Source: Promethearchaeia archaeon (lineage in GTDB: Archaea > Asgardarchaeota > Lokiarchaeia > Sigyniarchaeales > SOKP01). From it: 64,000 nt of DNA. The notes beneath the pieces were generated by a model. The model saw nothing but the letters and a program-made list of their open reading frames with translations, made no database searches and had not been told where the DNA came from. Shown piece after piece: positions 19,601 to 28,188 of the stretch (its first letter is position 1; every line of letters starts with the position of its first letter). The DNA is taken from assembly GCA_029856145.1 (NCBI GenBank), contig JAHQWK010000020.1:32001-96000 (forward strand). The letters run 5' to 3'. The position numbers were made by a program, and so were the translations under genes.

Positions 19601-20006
19601 TATTCCTTGATATGTTAATGATTCTTGTATTGATAAATTTATGAAAAGGTGTTAATCCTTCATCTGATTCTTTACTTAGTGCAATAAATAGGAAATCAAT
19701 CATAGGATAAAATGAAATATAGGTCAAACAAATACTAAAAGGTATAAGTAGTGCTAAAGGATTGACTTCTGGTGGTATAGTCGGCCAAAAACCAGGTGTA
19801 TTTATAGTAAATATTACAGCAACAGCAAAAACTACCATAATAGATAAACCAAAGATGAGCCCATAAAAGATACATTGAAATCGGTCTTTATTATTAAATT
19901 CACCTTTTTTAACTAATGCGACCTGTCTATATATGATATAGAATCCAATTGAAAAGAATAATAGAAAGACTATAAGAAGAATTATTTCTATTACCAAGAT
20001 TTTCAC
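16659..20006 (-). CDS. Polytopic membrane protein fused to a long HEAT-repeat solenoid
   Basis: About 360 aa with many TM segments, then about 700 aa of repeated D-x-x-x-x-VR-x-x-A-x-x-x-L HEAT units. GTG start. Confidence 0.85.
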   Translation of the reverse strand: MKILVIEIILLIVFLLFFSIGFYIIYRQVALVKKGEFNNKDRFQCIFYGLIFGLSIMVVFAVAVIFTINTPGFWPTIPPEVNPLALLIPFSICLTYISFYPMIDFLFIALSKESDEGLTPFHKFINTRIINISRNKFIKVLVAFTFFLLVFIFPPIILTFLGLPFIVVLITWMLVYPLMILTFYGSKGYIAGISNAYYHIPEIRRSIFLNFEDSKRGMKQFTSEPGHYIILGLMLFVFVWAWISLFQTVIFFFTETLAISTMSSIFVFVTLLFGILGYFTRFWGRKIKYRGIDIYFAAYLMASIGINVLVNFLIVNPTMLEDIFNEWIFTSQISLNSIKFAWAAVIEEIVLIIFTSYYFLARNNDFVMNIKHSKITECGQTFDPIPLFTLIKHRNLKIRKHAVETLIMMFERIPLKDNTILNDWKFKNSLLDGICDYNKYSRKRCNQILVQLENDVPEFVLPWIVEALESPNYDKSIPIARTLLKADLNFVEKIPKELILNLIEDSEWRLRLIGLKVLSRSKSKQKKVFLNLNIKKLINDPNSKIVVETLNFLADSSYELPIDLIIDKIFHINNKISAAAIKNIRNLNFKQIDRKIISKIIPLIKDPSSSVRASIFDVLAKIGNFKKNNIPLLPFLEGLTDSNEKARQAAINTLEKYFEEEPELLDINVIINRVDPNNFEILNNVVKLLGGLWKYNSEKILTTLLIYIKFENDELRENISEILTEKYTKNPDLVIQNLIKIPDVTTYITKGIISKTLIKIGKKDPRNIIPTLLKYSAAEDVDVRLNALASIDGLIEEFIDYIDVKPIILILQNDKNNQVKKKASGIISKIAQKDPSLIKPFIAEFFHTLTEQDSKVKIVLTKSLLEIAKISPEIIPIKDTLNLLGDKDSFIRETCVKVLGFIGYKLPLSVIDALINTALIDDEWIVREAAVSSLGKIIGHVDDKEKIIEKLISLLSDEQNWVRWSALNILSDIREVNGYHIPFNKLHEHLKSADPKIREASARLIRIYNNQIEEILDIIIFLLGDESKEVRTSMINSFVEIIREIGLNRILTKLLQNLSGKGSLITQRSIALILGRTVRYENEKIKKRVISLLKIRCEMSQDPIICETLQQLRGN

Positions 20007-20100
20007 GAAGTTTTTATTTTATTAATTAAATAATAGTATGTTTATTTCTCTTGTATTACATTTGTATATTATATAAAGACTTATTAATATATTAAATCTG

Positions 20101-20661
20101 GTGTATTTTTTATTGGAATTAATTAAAGAAAGCTTTTCTAATTCGTTAATACGGTTAAACTTTATTTTTCTAAACGAAATAGTCGTTACTGAATGCATAA
20201 AGAATTTTGAAGGTTTTTCTCTATTAGGAAAATCTTTTGGTCCCTTCGAGGAAGGTAAAAAATATAAACTAAAGCTATTTTCTGCCATTCCCTTCATTGA
20301 AAAAGGCATATTACAAGTGGCTTTGACAGCTAAATGTGATAATATTGATGTTCAACGATATGCTATAGAAGAAAGAGATGATTCAATGCTAATAAAAAGA
20401 TCTAATAAATTTTTTTTAAACAAAATAAGAGAATTCAAGAGATTCATGGAAAATGAAATAACTAAAAATCATAAACCAAAAATAGATTTAGATAGATATC
20501 ATTCATATACATCAAATATCATTGATAGCCGGTTATTTAAACTATTAAAACTATCTATGGCTGAATTATCATTAGAGGATGAATCGAGATTAACGAATTC
20601 TGAAAAAGTGCTTTATAAAAATTTATACAAACTCATTAAAATATGGAGAGGTTTCTTTTAA
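20101..20661 (+). CDS. GINS complex subunit, Gins23-like (B-A domain order)
   Basis: N-terminal beta B-domain motif FGPFEEGKKYKLKLFSAIPFIEKGILQV followed by a helical A-domain ending RLTNSEKVLY...WR; close to mcm. Exact start uncertain. Confidence 0.7.
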   Translation: MYFLLELIKESFSNSLIRLNFIFLNEIVVTECIKNFEGFSLLGKSFGPFEEGKKYKLKLFSAIPFIEKGILQVALTAKCDNIDVQRYAIEERDDSMLIKRSNKFFLNKIREFKRFMENEITKNHKPKIDLDRYHSYTSNIIDSRLFKLLKLSMAELSLEDESRLTNSEKVLYKNLYKLIKIWRGFF

Positions 20662-20680
20662 TTTCAGGTTACTGTAAAAA

Positions 20681-21358
20681 TTAGAGTTGTATTTGTTTCG
20701 TTCCATATTTCTTAAAGTATTCTTTAATATGGTTTGTGATTTCTTGATTCATGTCTAAATGGGGTAATAATTCAATTGCATTGCTCATTGCATAATATGG
20801 GATATTATGCTGTGAGATAATCTCTTTTACACTTTTTCCATCATCTCTTAATTCATTTCTATTAGTTAACCCAATACTAGCTATAATATTTATATCTAAC
20901 TCACTTAATTTTTGAATGGTGTTGATTAAAGATCCCCCAGTAGTTGTAACATCCTCAAGAATAACAACATCTCCTTTAGGTATACCTATAAATATCCTGT
21001 CTTTAGGATCTCCATGTTCTTTTTGTTTACCTCTACCCATTGAGAGAGGATAATTTCCCGAATTATAATTTTTTTGTTTTTTTGCCCATTTAAATTGGGT
21101 AATAATACCTAATTTTGTAGCTCCCTCTGGAACACCATAAAAACATTTGGGATTTAAACCTAAGTAATTAATAAATGAAATAATATAATCTGTTAATTTA
21201 TCGAGTAAGGAGGCATCTGAAGTTATATTCCTCCAATTTACATACCAATAAGATAGCCTTCCAGAGTTAAGTTTTATTGGTTCATCAAAAAAGCCAATTA
21301 CATTATGAGTTTTTATAAATTCATTGAAACTCTCTTGGGTCCACATCATAAAAATCAA
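20681..21358 (-). CDS. pyrE: Orotate phosphoribosyltransferase
   Basis: LNSGRLSYWYVN, KQKEHGD, PRPP-binding VVILEDVTTTGGS. Confidence 0.88.
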   Translation of the reverse strand: MIFMMWTQESFNEFIKTHNVIGFFDEPIKLNSGRLSYWYVNWRNITSDASLLDKLTDYIISFINYLGLNPKCFYGVPEGATKLGIITQFKWAKKQKNYNSGNYPLSMGRGKQKEHGDPKDRIFIGIPKGDVVILEDVTTTGGSLINTIQKLSELDINIIASIGLTNRNELRDDGKSVKEIISQHNIPYYAMSNAIELLPHLDMNQEITNHIKEYFKKYGTKQIQL

Positions 21359-21436
21359 TTTTAGTATAGAATTAAATTTTTTTAAAAGAAATAGTTTTCA
21401 ATTCTATTAATTTTTATTTATTACTTATTTTCTGGT

Positions 21437-21826
21437 TCATTCTTTGATATTCACAAGAATTTTCCGAGCTTGCGATGCTATTTTTTTATCAGTCTGTTTT
21501 GTTAAATTTTCTAGCAAATTTTGAATTGGCATAACAGCTCTAGAATTGGTTTCTGAAAGTTCTTCAAAAATAGAAAGGGTAGAGAGAATTTCTCCTTGGT
21601 TGGACCCTTCAAGAATTTGTTTAATTTTAGGAATAGCAGTTTTATTCAAAATTTCATTGAGATATTTTGAAATTTCTGCTTCTGCTTTAGCGTCTCTATA
21701 AGATCTTAGTTTGTTACTTCTAATATATTCAACAAAAATAAAGGGCATTTCGATTGACCATTCTTGTATTTTTTCCAATTCAATTAATTGAATTACGCCA
21801 CCGTCATCTTTATAAAAAAACTTCAT
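21437..21826 (-). CDS. Uncharacterised helical (HEAT-like) protein translationally coupled to top6A
   Basis: ATGA start/stop overlap with top6A and a GGTGA SD site (GGTGAttggatATGA), so the start is ATG 21826 rather than TTG 21832. Confidence 0.75.
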   Translation of the reverse strand: MKFFYKDDGGVIQLIELEKIQEWSIEMPFIFVEYIRSNKLRSYRDAKAEAEISKYLNEILNKTAIPKIKQILEGSNQGEILSTLSIFEELSETNSRAVMPIQNLLENLTKQTDKKIASQARKILVNIKE

Positions 21827-23004
21827 ATCCAATCACCGGTGGTTAATTTTTCAGGTAAATATTTTTCTGTTAAAAACTCAAAACCATGAGTTGAAAGAGC
21901 CTGAATTTCTGCTTTGACATTTTCTTTAAGAGATAATTTAAGGTCTTCCTCCCAGGCTTTATTCCTTTTAACAAACTCTTCATTTAATAAATCTTTAATG
22001 CGTTTGACATCTACTTTTTCTAATTTCAACCTAGCAACTTCCGGAATTTTATATTTATCCAAATCACGTGTTAAAACTCCAAGAAGTTTTATATCTGGTG
22101 TTGCTAAAAAGGGAGATTCATAACTTAATCGTTTTGAACCCCTTAAATAAACTGAATGTATATAATGGCCATAAGGGTCGCTATCAACTAAACTAAAAAC
22201 TGGAAGATTTAGTTCCTTGTTTAAACGTTTTAAAAACATTCGGGTTGCTATGTCTCCTACACCTCCTGCTGTTAAAAGGATACAAGGGTATTTACGCCAA
22301 AATCTATCCTCAGCAAACCGCATCATTGCAGCTTCTTTTTCTATCGCTAAAATAAATTCTGCATCCGATTCAATTATTTCAATATTGTCTAGAAATGGAG
22401 ATATTCTCCAACCTCCGCTTCCTAATCCTTCAAGATCAATGATATCAGTTTTGTCTCTAATCCTAAGTCGTCCTATACAAGTTCCATTTGCTGTAGCGAC
22501 AATATGGGTTGAATTTCTTGTAGTATAAAGCATAATTGCTGCGTCTTCAATACTTTTATCACTAACCTTTTGCTCATTAAATAATTTAACGTCTGTATAG
22601 TATACTTCTCTTTTAGTTGCATGTAAATCTTTTACTAATAATTCATGAATAATTTCAAGGATCCGCATTAATCTAGTAATATCAGCAACACTTGTAAGAG
22701 TGTGGAATTGCTTTTCTTGAAGTTGTTGACCTAGGAGTAACAAATCGTTCTCTTCATCCCAAATGATATTTGAACTCGATCTAGAAGGTAATTGTATTGA
22801 TGGTCTTCCTGTTTTATTTATTTGATCTATTACATCATCAATAAGTTTATATAACCTATCTAGAGCATTTTTTCTATTAAGATCATCGATCTTTACTGTG
22901 TTTTCGGGAAGTTGGACTTGCTTTTTTTCTGTTCCTTTATTTAAATATTCGTTAAATAGTTCTTTTGCTGCTTTTAAATCATAACTAATTTGTTTTTTGG
23001 CCAT
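21823..23004 (-). CDS. top6A: DNA topoisomerase VI subunit A (Spo11 homolog)
   Basis: ATKREVYY catalytic Tyr motif, TOPRIM AIEKEA and VDSDPYG, KAEIQAL. Confidence 0.96.
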   Translation of the reverse strand: MAKKQISYDLKAAKELFNEYLNKGTEKKQVQLPENTVKIDDLNRKNALDRLYKLIDDVIDQINKTGRPSIQLPSRSSSNIIWDEENDLLLLGQQLQEKQFHTLTSVADITRLMRILEIIHELLVKDLHATKREVYYTDVKLFNEQKVSDKSIEDAAIMLYTTRNSTHIVATANGTCIGRLRIRDKTDIIDLEGLGSGGWRISPFLDNIEIIESDAEFILAIEKEAAMMRFAEDRFWRKYPCILLTAGGVGDIATRMFLKRLNKELNLPVFSLVDSDPYGHYIHSVYLRGSKRLSYESPFLATPDIKLLGVLTRDLDKYKIPEVARLKLEKVDVKRIKDLLNEEFVKRNKAWEEDLKLSLKENVKAEIQALSTHGFEFLTEKYLPEKLTTGDWI

Positions 23005-23017
23005 ATTATTTACCTAA

Positions 23018-26000
23018 TTATTTTTTTAATTTCCATTGTCTTTTACCCATTTTTGATTCAACTAGAACTTTTTCTTTACGTTCTAATTCCTTGAGTTTAA
23101 GCTGGAGATATCGGGCATCCATCATATCTTTAATTTTTAATTTGAAAATGAGATGCTTAATAGTTTGCCATTCATCAGATAAAACATTTAATATTTTTTC
23201 AGTTGTTATGATAGGTAATGTAGTTTGTTTTTGTTTTGGGGGTACTGGTTTATGTATAGGTGGAGTCTTTTTAGGAGTTACCTTACTTGGCGTTTTTCCT
23301 TTAGAAATTGGCAATTGCACTTGTTTTACAGGTATAGTATAGGGACTAACTTTAACTGGTTCTGGAGGTTTTAATTCTATTGGTTTTACTTCAATAGGTT
23401 TTTTATATGATTCTATAATTTTGCCAATAATAACTGTTTTTGTGTCTTTAGATAATAGGCTAATATTATAATCATTACAATATTCAATTAATTCGGTTTT
23501 TGTCCAATTTTTAAGTGTTTTCTCAGTGAATAATTCTTTTTTAGTTTCAACTTTCTTAGCAACTGGTTGTAATTCAGAGGGTTTTTCTATCACTTTTTCC
23601 TTTTTAATAGCAGTTTCTTTAATTTCTCTTGCTTCTGAAGATTTCACAACAGGCGTAGGTTTTTTACCTATTGCGTTCCTCATTAAATCTTCCAATTCTT
23701 TTTTGTCAAGCTTAGATTTATGTATACTCTCACCTTGAGACGCAATATTATATAGGCTGTTAACAAATATTGGTATATATTTTTCTATTAGGCTAGCTCT
23801 CTTTTCGCTTTTACGAAGATTTGCTTTTCTATTGAGATATATTCTTAATCTTCTTCCTATTGCTTCAAGGCAAAACTTAATTTCTTTTATTAAATTTTCA
23901 TCATCAGCCAATGCGTTTTTTGATTGGGATTTAAACATTAAATGCACAAAAGGTCCAGAAACATTAACTAATAATTTTATTGGTCCTTTTGGCAAGCTAT
24001 TATCATAAGTATCAAGGTTGTAGTTTTTCCAATTAACTGCTTGAACTGCTTTTGTGATAGCGCAATCTGCACTATCTCTTAATTTCGGTGTTCTATTTAC
24101 AAATCTAGATAAAACATCCCTAGACCGTTTGGGAACTTCTAAATTTCTTGAATAAGCCAGTACAGCTTCTACAACATAAGCTAAACCTTTTCCACTTGTG
24201 GGTGCTCTTGTTTCTGCTGCTACAAAATCATCATCCTTCGTATAGTTTTCAATGAAATATTCAAATACACCATGGTAGGTATCTATAGAATCTATGTCAG
24301 AGTAAGTGAGAAGATCATCAATAACTTGTTTTACTTGCTGTTGATCCGTTATTTCATCAACGATATCAATGGTTCCCAATATCTCTGAACCTAAATTAAT
24401 GACCTCTTCTGGATTTATTGAAATGTTAATGATTGCATCATCATCAATCTTGATCCCTTCTTCTAATAACGTTCTCTTTTTGTCTTCATGTAATAATTCA
24501 AATATCTGATTAATTTTATCAACGGGTCCAGCAAAGTCATCTATATTTTCTGAAATTCTTAATCCAATTTCTTTAATTAAAGTATTCTCCAGAGTTGAGC
24601 CCCCTACTGGAATTGCTGTGTCCGTTGGAGGAGCCATATACTTGATAGATTTAAACGCTAGGAATAGAGAATTAAACTGTTCTTTTGTTAATTCAATAGG
24701 TTTAACTTTAGATATAAGGACTTTATTAATAAGATCTTCAAAATCTGTTCTGTTTTTTAACTTTTTTAACTCAATCAATCCTTCTTTTGAGTCTTTAAAC
24801 AATGTGTTTAAATCTACTTTAATTTTATCCTTTTGATTTCTAATATCATCTATCTCTTTCAATAATTTTTTAATTTCTCTTTCAATATTCTTTATTTCTT
24901 TTTGAGTTTCAGTTTTTTCAATACGTTTATTTAGTTTCTTTATTTCTTTGTTTATTTTTTCGTAATCTTTATTGGATTTATTGTAATTAGTGATTAATTT
25001 CCAATAATTTTCTTTTAGATCTTCTGATGCGACTTGATAAATAATTAATTTATCTCTCGGTTTATCAGAACGACCGAAAACCCGTTTTTCATTTATCATA
25101 AAGTTTATTGTATCTGTCTTTTTCTGTGCTAAATTCACAAATCCCTCTTTTAGAATAAGTAAATTTAATCGGTCCTGAAGATCTCTTTCAGCAATATAAA
25201 TAATTTCTTTAGCTGTTTTTGAACTCATTCTTACAAAATTATCTTGTAAAAATGCAGAAATTGATTTATTTTCTGATTTTGTAATTAAATCTTGTAGGTC
25301 CCCTATATTAACTGAGGAAGGATGAGACTTAGCATATTTAGGTTCGTCTGGGAAAGAAGTTGCTAATCTTCGGTAAATTTTCTCCTTTCCCTCTGGATCA
25401 ATATAAATAATTGTCACATGAGGATTCATAAATGCAGTTTCTTCAATATATTTCTCAACATAACCTCTGACATATTTTACATTTAAATAATTCAATTTAA
25501 TATAAGTACCATGAAGAAAAAAGCTGTCAATATCTGTTGGATGAATTAAATACTTTTTCTCATTTTTAGATGTGGTAAAAAATTCTGTTACTGTAGCATA
25601 AACATTGTCAATTGATTTTGATACTGTGATAATAGGTTTACCAGTTGTATTTTGAGCATCGCTAAACGCGCTTGGGGCTCCAAATCCTTGACTACCTCTA
25701 GTTTGCTTTAATTCCATAGATTTTGATGAGGCGAGATATTTTCCAAATTTTCTTAGATCAATTTTTGACATTCCAGTCCCATTATCGAAAATTTCAAAAG
25801 TATAACTCATGATATTTTTCTGACTGATTTCAGACGTTAAAAAAGATTGTGCTTCATATTCTCTAATACGAACCCCCACTATTGGTTCTACATCAATGAT
25901 ATATTCAACGGGTTTAATGATTTCTTGCATATCATCTATTATTCTTCTAACTTCTTCTTCTACTTCCAATTCTTCTTTATCACTTATTTCTCCAGATTCT

Positions 26001-26386
26001 TCCTCTTTTTCTTCTGGCACTTGAATACTAGATTGGTCTGGTTCAACAGATTCAATACCTAATTCCTGCATTAACGTATGTTTTGCTTCATTATTTAAAG
26101 TTTGAGATTTTTTTTCTTCTTTTACTGTTTCAAGTATAGAAAATTTTTCTAAAAATAATTCTTGGTCTAATGAAAATTTAATTTTGGAATCTGGTTTTTT
26201 CAATTCTTTCCATTGAAAACTTTCGATGGCATCTAAGGCATTATCAATAAATTCAGCACAATATTGAACATGTTTCCAATAGCCAAATTCGAAACCAACT
26301 AGTTGAGTCCGCTTACGCATAAACTCAGCTATTGTTCCTTGCTTTATTTTTCCTTCTTCTTTTGAAGTAATTTTGGACGCACTCGT
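23018..26386 (-). CDS. top6B: DNA topoisomerase VI subunit B, greatly enlarged (more than 1100 aa)
   Basis: GHKL motifs EFIDNALDA, DNGTGM, TRGSQGFG; H2TH; transducer RFVNRTPKL, VNWKNYNL, FKSQSK. The conserved strap (KIKQGTIAEFMRKRTQLVGF) begins upstream of ATG 26320, so the start is placed tentatively at ACG 26386 (or ATT 26395). Confidence 0.92.
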   Translation of the reverse strand, partial: TSASKITSKEEGKIKQGTIAEFMRKRTQLVGFEFGYWKHVQYCAEFIDNALDAIESFQWKELKKPDSKIKFSLDQELFLEKFSILETVKEEKKSQTLNNEAKHTLMQELGIESVEPDQSSIQVPEEKEEESGEISDKEELEVEEEVRRIIDDMQEIIKPVEYIIDVEPIVGVRIREYEAQSFLTSEISQKNIMSYTFEIFDNGTGMSKIDLRKFGKYLASSKSMELKQTRGSQGFGAPSAFSDAQNTTGKPIITVSKSIDNVYATVTEFFTTSKNEKKYLIHPTDIDSFFLHGTYIKLNYLNVKYVRGYVEKYIEETAFMNPHVTIIYIDPEGKEKIYRRLATSFPDEPKYAKSHPSSVNIGDLQDLITKSENKSISAFLQDNFVRMSSKTAKEIIYIAERDLQDRLNLLILKEGFVNLAQKKTDTINFMINEKRVFGRSDKPRDKLIIYQVASEDLKENYWKLITNYNKSNKDYEKINKEIKKLNKRIEKTETQKEIKNIEREIKKLLKEIDDIRNQKDKIKVDLNTLFKDSKEGLIELKKLKNRTDFEDLINKVLISKVKPIELTKEQFNSLFLAFKSIKYMAPPTDTAIPVGGSTLENTLIKEIGLRISENIDDFAGPVDKINQIFELLHEDKKRTLLEEGIKIDDDAIINISINPEEVINLGSEILGTIDIVDEITDQQQVKQVIDDLLTYSDIDSIDTYHGVFEYFIENYTKDDDFVAAETRAPTSGKGLAYVVEAVLAYSRNLEVPKRSRDVLSRFVNRTPKLRDSADCAITKAVQAVNWKNYNLDTYDNSLPKGPIKLLVNVSGPFVHLMFKSQSKNALADDENLIKEIKFCLEAIGRRLRIYLNRKANLRKSEKRASLIEKYIPIFVNSLYNIASQGESIHKSKLDKKELEDLMRNAIGKKPTPVVKSSEAREIKETAIKKEKVIEKPSELQPVAKKVETKKELFTEKTLKNWTKTELIEYCNDYNISLLSKDTKTVIIGKIIESYKKPIEVKPIELKPPEPVKVSPYTIPVKQVQLPISKGKTPSKVTPKKTPPIHKPVPPKQKQTTLPIITTEKILNVLSDEWQTIKHLIFKLKIKDMMDARYLQLKLKELERKEKVLVESKMGKRQWKLKK

Positions 26387-26646
26387 ATGATTAATTCTTC
26401 ATTTAACATTATTACAACAATCTATAAATATATATACATCTATTAGTAAATTAATTGACAAAACTATAAGATATTATATATATATCTTAATTCCATAGTT
26501 TTCAATTATCTACTCGAACTTTACAATATTATTCACTGTTTACAGTAAATAAACTAATATTTAAATATTTTCATCAGATTTTAAATCATAAAAATAAGTA
26601 AGTATACATCCGAAAAAAATTTTCAAAAATCCATTTAAACTTAATT

Positions 26647-27933
26647 TTAAGAATTCCTTTTTTGATAAGCTTCAATGGCAATATCAATTATTTTCGATGC
26701 AATATATCTTTTAGTATTTCTCTCAACATGAGTAATACGTTTTTTTTTATCTATAATAAATACCTCATTATACTTACTGCTAAAACCAATATCTTCTCTT
26801 CCAATATCATTTGCCACAATTAAATCAACCTCAGATTTAAGGAGTCTATTATAGGCACGTTCTATTAATTCACTTTTAGAAACATTTGTTTCTGCTTTAA
26901 ATGCTACAATAAATAAGTTATAATCTTTTTTCCTTGCAACATTTATTATTTTTGGTGTTAACTTCATATTAACTTGTAGTTCTTCTACATTATCGGAAGA
27001 TATTTTTCCCTCAATATATTCAATTGGTTTATAATCACTTACAGCAGCTGCTGAAATGAAAAAATCATAATTATTTAATGAGATTTCATCTTTAACTGCT
27101 TTTATAAAATCGTCTGTTGAAATAACGTGTCTAGTTTTTATATAATTTGGAAGTTTTACCATACATTCACCAGCAATTAACATTACATCAGCTCCTCTAG
27201 CAGAAGCTTCTTTGGTTAATTCTACACCCATTCTTCCTGATGATTTATTTGAAACGAATCGAACTGAATCTATTGCTTCTCTTGTTGGACCCGCGGTAAT
27301 AAGTATTTTCTTTCCTTCTAAATCTTTCTCAGTAACTAATAAATCTATAACCCTATCAATTATGTCATCAATTTTAGCAATCTTAGCTTTACCTTCTGAA
27401 ATTCTAGGACCTAAAATTTCAACACCATATTCACGCAATTGTCTTTCATTTTTTTCTAAAATAGGGTGTTTGTACATGCTCTCATGCATTGCAGGTACGA
27501 TTACTAGAGGTAAGGACGACCCAAATGCCGTTGATGCGACCGTTGTAACAGGTGTATCGTCAACCCCACAAGCTATTTTTGAAATTGTATTTGCCGTAGC
27601 AGGACATATTAATACTAAATCAGCCTTTCCAACACTTCTTGGTCTATCACCTGCTAGATAAACATGTTCAACAGCACCTGTCAATTTTGTGATTACTTTA
27701 TTTCCTGTAGCCCATTCCATTAAAGCGGGATTCATCAATTCTGTAGCTGCTTTAGACATTACACAGATGACTTCGGCACCTAATCTCATAAGTTCTCGGG
27801 CTACTATGGGAGAAGAAATTACAGCTACTGACCCAGTTAGACACATACAAATTGTTTTTCCTCTAAGGATTGTTCCCTTACTTTCAGCAATATCCTTTGA
27901 GGGGTGTTGAAAATTATTTTTTGTCATATTCAA
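26647..27933 (-). CDS. coaBC: Bifunctional phosphopantothenoylcysteine decarboxylase / phosphopantothenate-cysteine ligase
   Basis: TGSVA, PATANTISKIACG, PAMHESMY, ITAGPTREAIDSVRFVSNKSSGRMG, AAAVSDY, FKAET, IVAND. Confidence 0.96.
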   Translation of the reverse strand: MNMTKNNFQHPSKDIAESKGTILRGKTICMCLTGSVAVISSPIVARELMRLGAEVICVMSKAATELMNPALMEWATGNKVITKLTGAVEHVYLAGDRPRSVGKADLVLICPATANTISKIACGVDDTPVTTVASTAFGSSLPLVIVPAMHESMYKHPILEKNERQLREYGVEILGPRISEGKAKIAKIDDIIDRVIDLLVTEKDLEGKKILITAGPTREAIDSVRFVSNKSSGRMGVELTKEASARGADVMLIAGECMVKLPNYIKTRHVISTDDFIKAVKDEISLNNYDFFISAAAVSDYKPIEYIEGKISSDNVEELQVNMKLTPKIINVARKKDYNLFIVAFKAETNVSKSELIERAYNRLLKSEVDLIVANDIGREDIGFSSKYNEVFIIDKKKRITHVERNTKRYIASKIIDIAIEAYQKRNS

Positions 27934-28188
27934 ATAATTATTATTTACTAATTTTCAATTAAACTTTCAGATTCTATGTAAATAAAATTTATGCTTTAAT
28001 AAAAAAAATTATGATACAATTATTACTATTCTCTTGAAAATTCAATTTCAATTTTACAATAAAGTGGAAATAATGACTGTTTTTTACTAATTCTTACAAT
28101 TTTCTATAATCCTATTTTTTATTTATGATTTTAAATAAGTTAATCGAAATATTATTACAAGTTTCTTCAACTAAATTAATTAAAAAAT

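Noticed and set aside
16659-20006. HEAT protein as a HAWK (Pds5/Scc3-like) subunit of the SMC complex
   Set aside because: Generic HEAT similarity only; it carries a polytopic membrane domain, lies more than 20 kb from smc, and the complex already has a kite (ScpB).
24230-26220. Top6B insertions as inteins
   Set aside because: No N-terminal C/S block, no His-Asn followed by C/S/T junction, no LAGLIDADG motifs; the inserts look acidic or coiled-coil.
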